Assembly: GCA_040954595.2 (NCBI GenBank)
Contig: CM082598.2
Coordinates: forward strand, 9,191,097 to 9,255,096
From: Balanoglossus misakiensis
Lineage: Eukaryota; Animalia; Hemichordata
DNA length: 64,000 nt
Reading direction: 5' to 3'
Within the stretch, counting starts at the first letter, position 1. The number at the start of each line of letters is the position of its first letter. A program made the position numbers and the translations under genes. A model generated the notes under the pieces. That model saw only the letters and a program-made list of their open reading frames with translations, was not told where the DNA came from and did no database searches. Below are positions 60,601 through 64,000 of this stretch, piece after piece.

Positions 60601-63600
60601 ATTAACCACATGCTAGTCAGTGTCACAGCACATGGTCATAGTTTTTCTTGCCCCCAGTTGGCATTTCAGTTTCATATGAAAGGTATACAAAGATACCATT
60701 AACCACGTGCTAGTCAATGTCACAGCACATGGTCACAGTTTTTCTTGCCCCCAGTTGGCAGTTCAGTTTCATATGAAAGGTATACAAAGATAACATTAAC
60801 CACGTGCTAGTCAGTGTCACAGCACATGGTCACAGTTTTTCTTGCCCCCAGTTGGCAGTTCAGTTTCATATGAAAGGTATACAAAGATACCATTAACCAC
60901 ATGCTAGTCAGTTTCACAGCACATGGTCAGAGTTTTTATTGCCCCCAGTTTGCAGTTCAGTTTCATATGTAAGGTATACTAAGATACCATTCACCACGTG
61001 CTAGTCAGTGTCACAGCACATGGTCACAGTTTTTCTTGCCCCCAGTTGGCAGTTCAGTTTCATATGGAAGGTATTTAAAGGTACCATTAACCACGTGCTA
61101 GTCAGTGTCACAGCACATGGTCATTTTTACTTGCCCCCCGTTGGCAGTTCAGTTTCATATGAAAGGTATACAAAGATACCATTAACCACGTGCTAGTCAG
61201 TGTCACAGCACATGGTCACAGTTTTTCTTGCCCCCAGTTGGCAGTTCAGTTTCATATGGAAGGTATTTAAAGGTACCATTAACCACGTGCTAGTCAGTGT
61301 CACAGCACATGGTCAGTTTTTCTTGCCCCCCGTTGGCAGTTTAGTTTCATATGAAAGGTATACAAAGATACCATTAACCACGTGCTAGTCAGTGTCACAG
61401 CACATGGTCACAGTTTTTCTTGCCCCCAGTTGGCAGTTCAGTTTCATATGAAAGGTATACAAAGATACCATTAACCACATGCTAGTCAGTTTCACAGCAC
61501 ATGGTCAGAGTTTTTATTGCCCCCAGTTGGCAGTTCAGTTTCATATGTAAGGTATACTAAGATACCATTCACCACGTGCTAGTCAGTGTCACAGCACATG
61601 GTCACAGTTTTTCTTGCCCCCAGTTGGCAGTTCAGTTTCATATGGAAGGTATTTAAAGGTACCATTAACCACGTGCTAGTCAGTGTCACAGCACATGGTC
61701 AGTTTTTCTTGCCCCCCGTTGGCAGTTCAGTTTCATATGAAAGGTATACAAAGATACCATTAACCACGTGCTAGTCAGTGTCACAGCACATGGTCACAGT
61801 TTTTCTTGCCCCCAGTTGGCCGTTCAGTTTCATATGAAAGGTATACAAAGATACCATTAATCACGTGCTAGTCAGTGTCACAGCACATGGTCACAGTGTT
61901 TCTTGCCCCAAGTTGGCAGTTCAGTTTCATATGTAAGGTATACTAAGATACCATTCACCACGTGCTAGTCAGTGTCACAGCACATGGTCACAGTTTTTCT
62001 TGCCCCCAGTTGGCAGTTCAGTTTCATATGAAAGGTATACAAAGATAACATTAACCACGTGCTAGTCAGTGTCACAGCACATGGTCACAGTTTTTCTTGC
62101 CCCCAGTTGGCAGTTCAGTTTCATATGAAAGGTATACAAAGATACCATTAATCACGTGCTAGTCAGTGTCACAGCACATGGTCACAGTTTTTCTTGCCCC
62201 CAGTTGGCATTTCAGTTTCATATGAAAGGTAATCAAAGATACCATTAACCACATGCTAGTCAGTGTCACAGCACAGGGTCACAGTTTTTCTTGCCCCCAG
62301 TTGGCAGTTCAGTTTCATATGAAAGGTATACAAAGATAACATTAACCACGTGCTAGTCAGTGTCACAGCACATGGTCACAGTTTTTCTTGCCCCCAGTTG
62401 GCAGTTCAGTTTCATATGAAAGGTATACAAAGATACCATTAATCACGTGCTAGTCAGTGTCACAGCACATGGTCACAGTTTTTCTTGCCCCCAGTTGGCA
62501 TTTCAGTTTCATATGAAAGGTAATCAAAGATACCATTAATCACGTGCTAGTCAGTGTCACAGCACATGGTCACAGTTTTTCTTGCCCCCAGTTGGCAGTT
62601 CAGTTTCATATGAAAGGTATACAAAGATACCATTAATCACGTGCTAGTCAGTGTCACAGCACATGGTCACAGTTTTTCTTGCCCCCAGTTGGCAGTTCAG
62701 TTTCATATGAAAGGTAATCAAAGATACCATTAACCACATGCTAGTCAGTGTCACAGCACATGGTCACAGTTTTTCTTGCCCCCAGTTGGCAGTTCAGTTT
62801 CATATGAAAGGTATACAAAGATACCATTAACCACGTGCTAGTCAATGTCACAGCACATGGTCACAGTTTTTCTTGCCCCCAGTTGGCAGTTCAGTTTCAT
62901 ATGAAAGGTATACAAAGATAACATTAACCACGTGCTAGTCAGTGTCACAGCACATGGTCACAGTTTTTCTTGCCCCCAGTTGGCAGTTCAGTTTCATATG
63001 AAAGGTATACAAAGATACCATTAACCACATGCTAGTCAGTTTCACAGCACATGGTCAGAGTTTTTATTGCCCCCAGTTTGCAGTTCAGTTTCATATGTAA
63101 GGTATACTAAGATACCATTCACCACGTGCTAGTCAGTGTCACAGCACATGGTCACAGTTTTTCTTGCCCCCAGTTGGCAGTTCAGTTTCATATGGAAGGT
63201 ATTTAAAGGTACCATTAACCACGTGCTAGTCAGTGTCACAGCACATGGTCATTTTTACTTGCCCCCCGTTGGCAGTTCAGTTTCATATGAAAGGTATACA
63301 AAGATACCATTAACCACGTGCTAGTCAGTGTCACAGCACATGGTCACAGTTTTTCTTGCCCCCAGTTGGCAGTTCAGTTTCATATGGAAGGTATTTAAAG
63401 GTACCATTAACCACGTGCTAGTCAGTGTCACAGCACATGGTCAGTTTTTCTTGCCCCCCGTTGGCAGTTTAGTTTCATATGAAAGGTATACAAAGATACC
63501 ATTAACCACGTGCTAGTCAGTGTCACAGCACATGGTCACAGTTTTTCTTGCCCCCAGTTGGCAGTTCAGTTTCATATGAAAGGTATACAAAGATACCATT

Positions 63601-64000
63601 AACCACATGCTAGTCAGTTTCACAGCACATGGTCAGAGTTTTTATTGCCCCCAGTTGGCAGTTCAGTTTCATATGTAAGGTATACTAAGATACCATTCAC
63701 CACGTGCTAGTCAGTGTCACAGCACATGGTCACAGTTTTTCTTGCCCCCAGTTGGCAGTTCAGTTTCATATGGAAGGTATTTAAAGGTACCATTAACCAC
63801 GTGCTAGTCAGTGTCACAGCACATGGTCAGTTTTTCTTGCCCCCCGTTGGCAGTTCAGTTTCATATGAAAGGTATACAAAGATACCATTAACCACGTGCT
63901 AGTCAGTGTCACAGCACATGGTCACAGTTTTTCTTGCCCCCAGTTGGCCGTTCAGTTTCATATGAAAGGTATACAAAGATACCATTAATCACGTGCTAGT
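51640..64000. repeat. 97-bp tandem satellite, distal part (about 127 monomers; runs off window end)
   Basis: Same 97-bp monomer, resuming in exact register after the AAAG TSD. Confidence 0.98.

Noticed and set aside
41020-63902. 62-66-aa ORFs in the 97-bp satellite
   Set aside because: They are chance read-through across two monomers.
1-64000. CRISPR-like arrays
   Set aside because: The repeats are head-to-tail with no unique spacers, there are no cas genes, and the context is eukaryotic.

Overview
Eukaryotic (animal-type) heterochromatin-like window with no intact host gene. A 44-bp satellite array (1-27045, about 615 monomers) and a 97-bp satellite array (about 39768-64000) flank a 12.7-kb transposon island. 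The island's core is a 5'-truncated CR1/L2-group LINE whose reverse transcriptase is split by three long-TIR, foldback-type DNA elements within about 530 bp of LINE sequence. Two have TAYGG..CCRTA ends and 6-bp TSDs (IS3EU-like) and carry minisatellites in their arms. One of these also holds a transposase-like terminal exon and a nested TTAA/Kolobok-like MITE. The third has a 7-bp TSD (P/Galileo-like). Removing each insert plus one TSD copy restores the RT frame exactly at each junction. A degraded DIRS-like gag abuts the 97-bp array. That array contains a truncated LTR fragment and a very young, full-length Gypsy element (42154-51639, minus strand, 1127-bp LTRs, AAAG TSD) with a single frameshift inside its protease. 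The many long ORFs in the satellites are artefacts. Superfamily assignments come from termini, TSD and motif recognition by eye; no database search was run.
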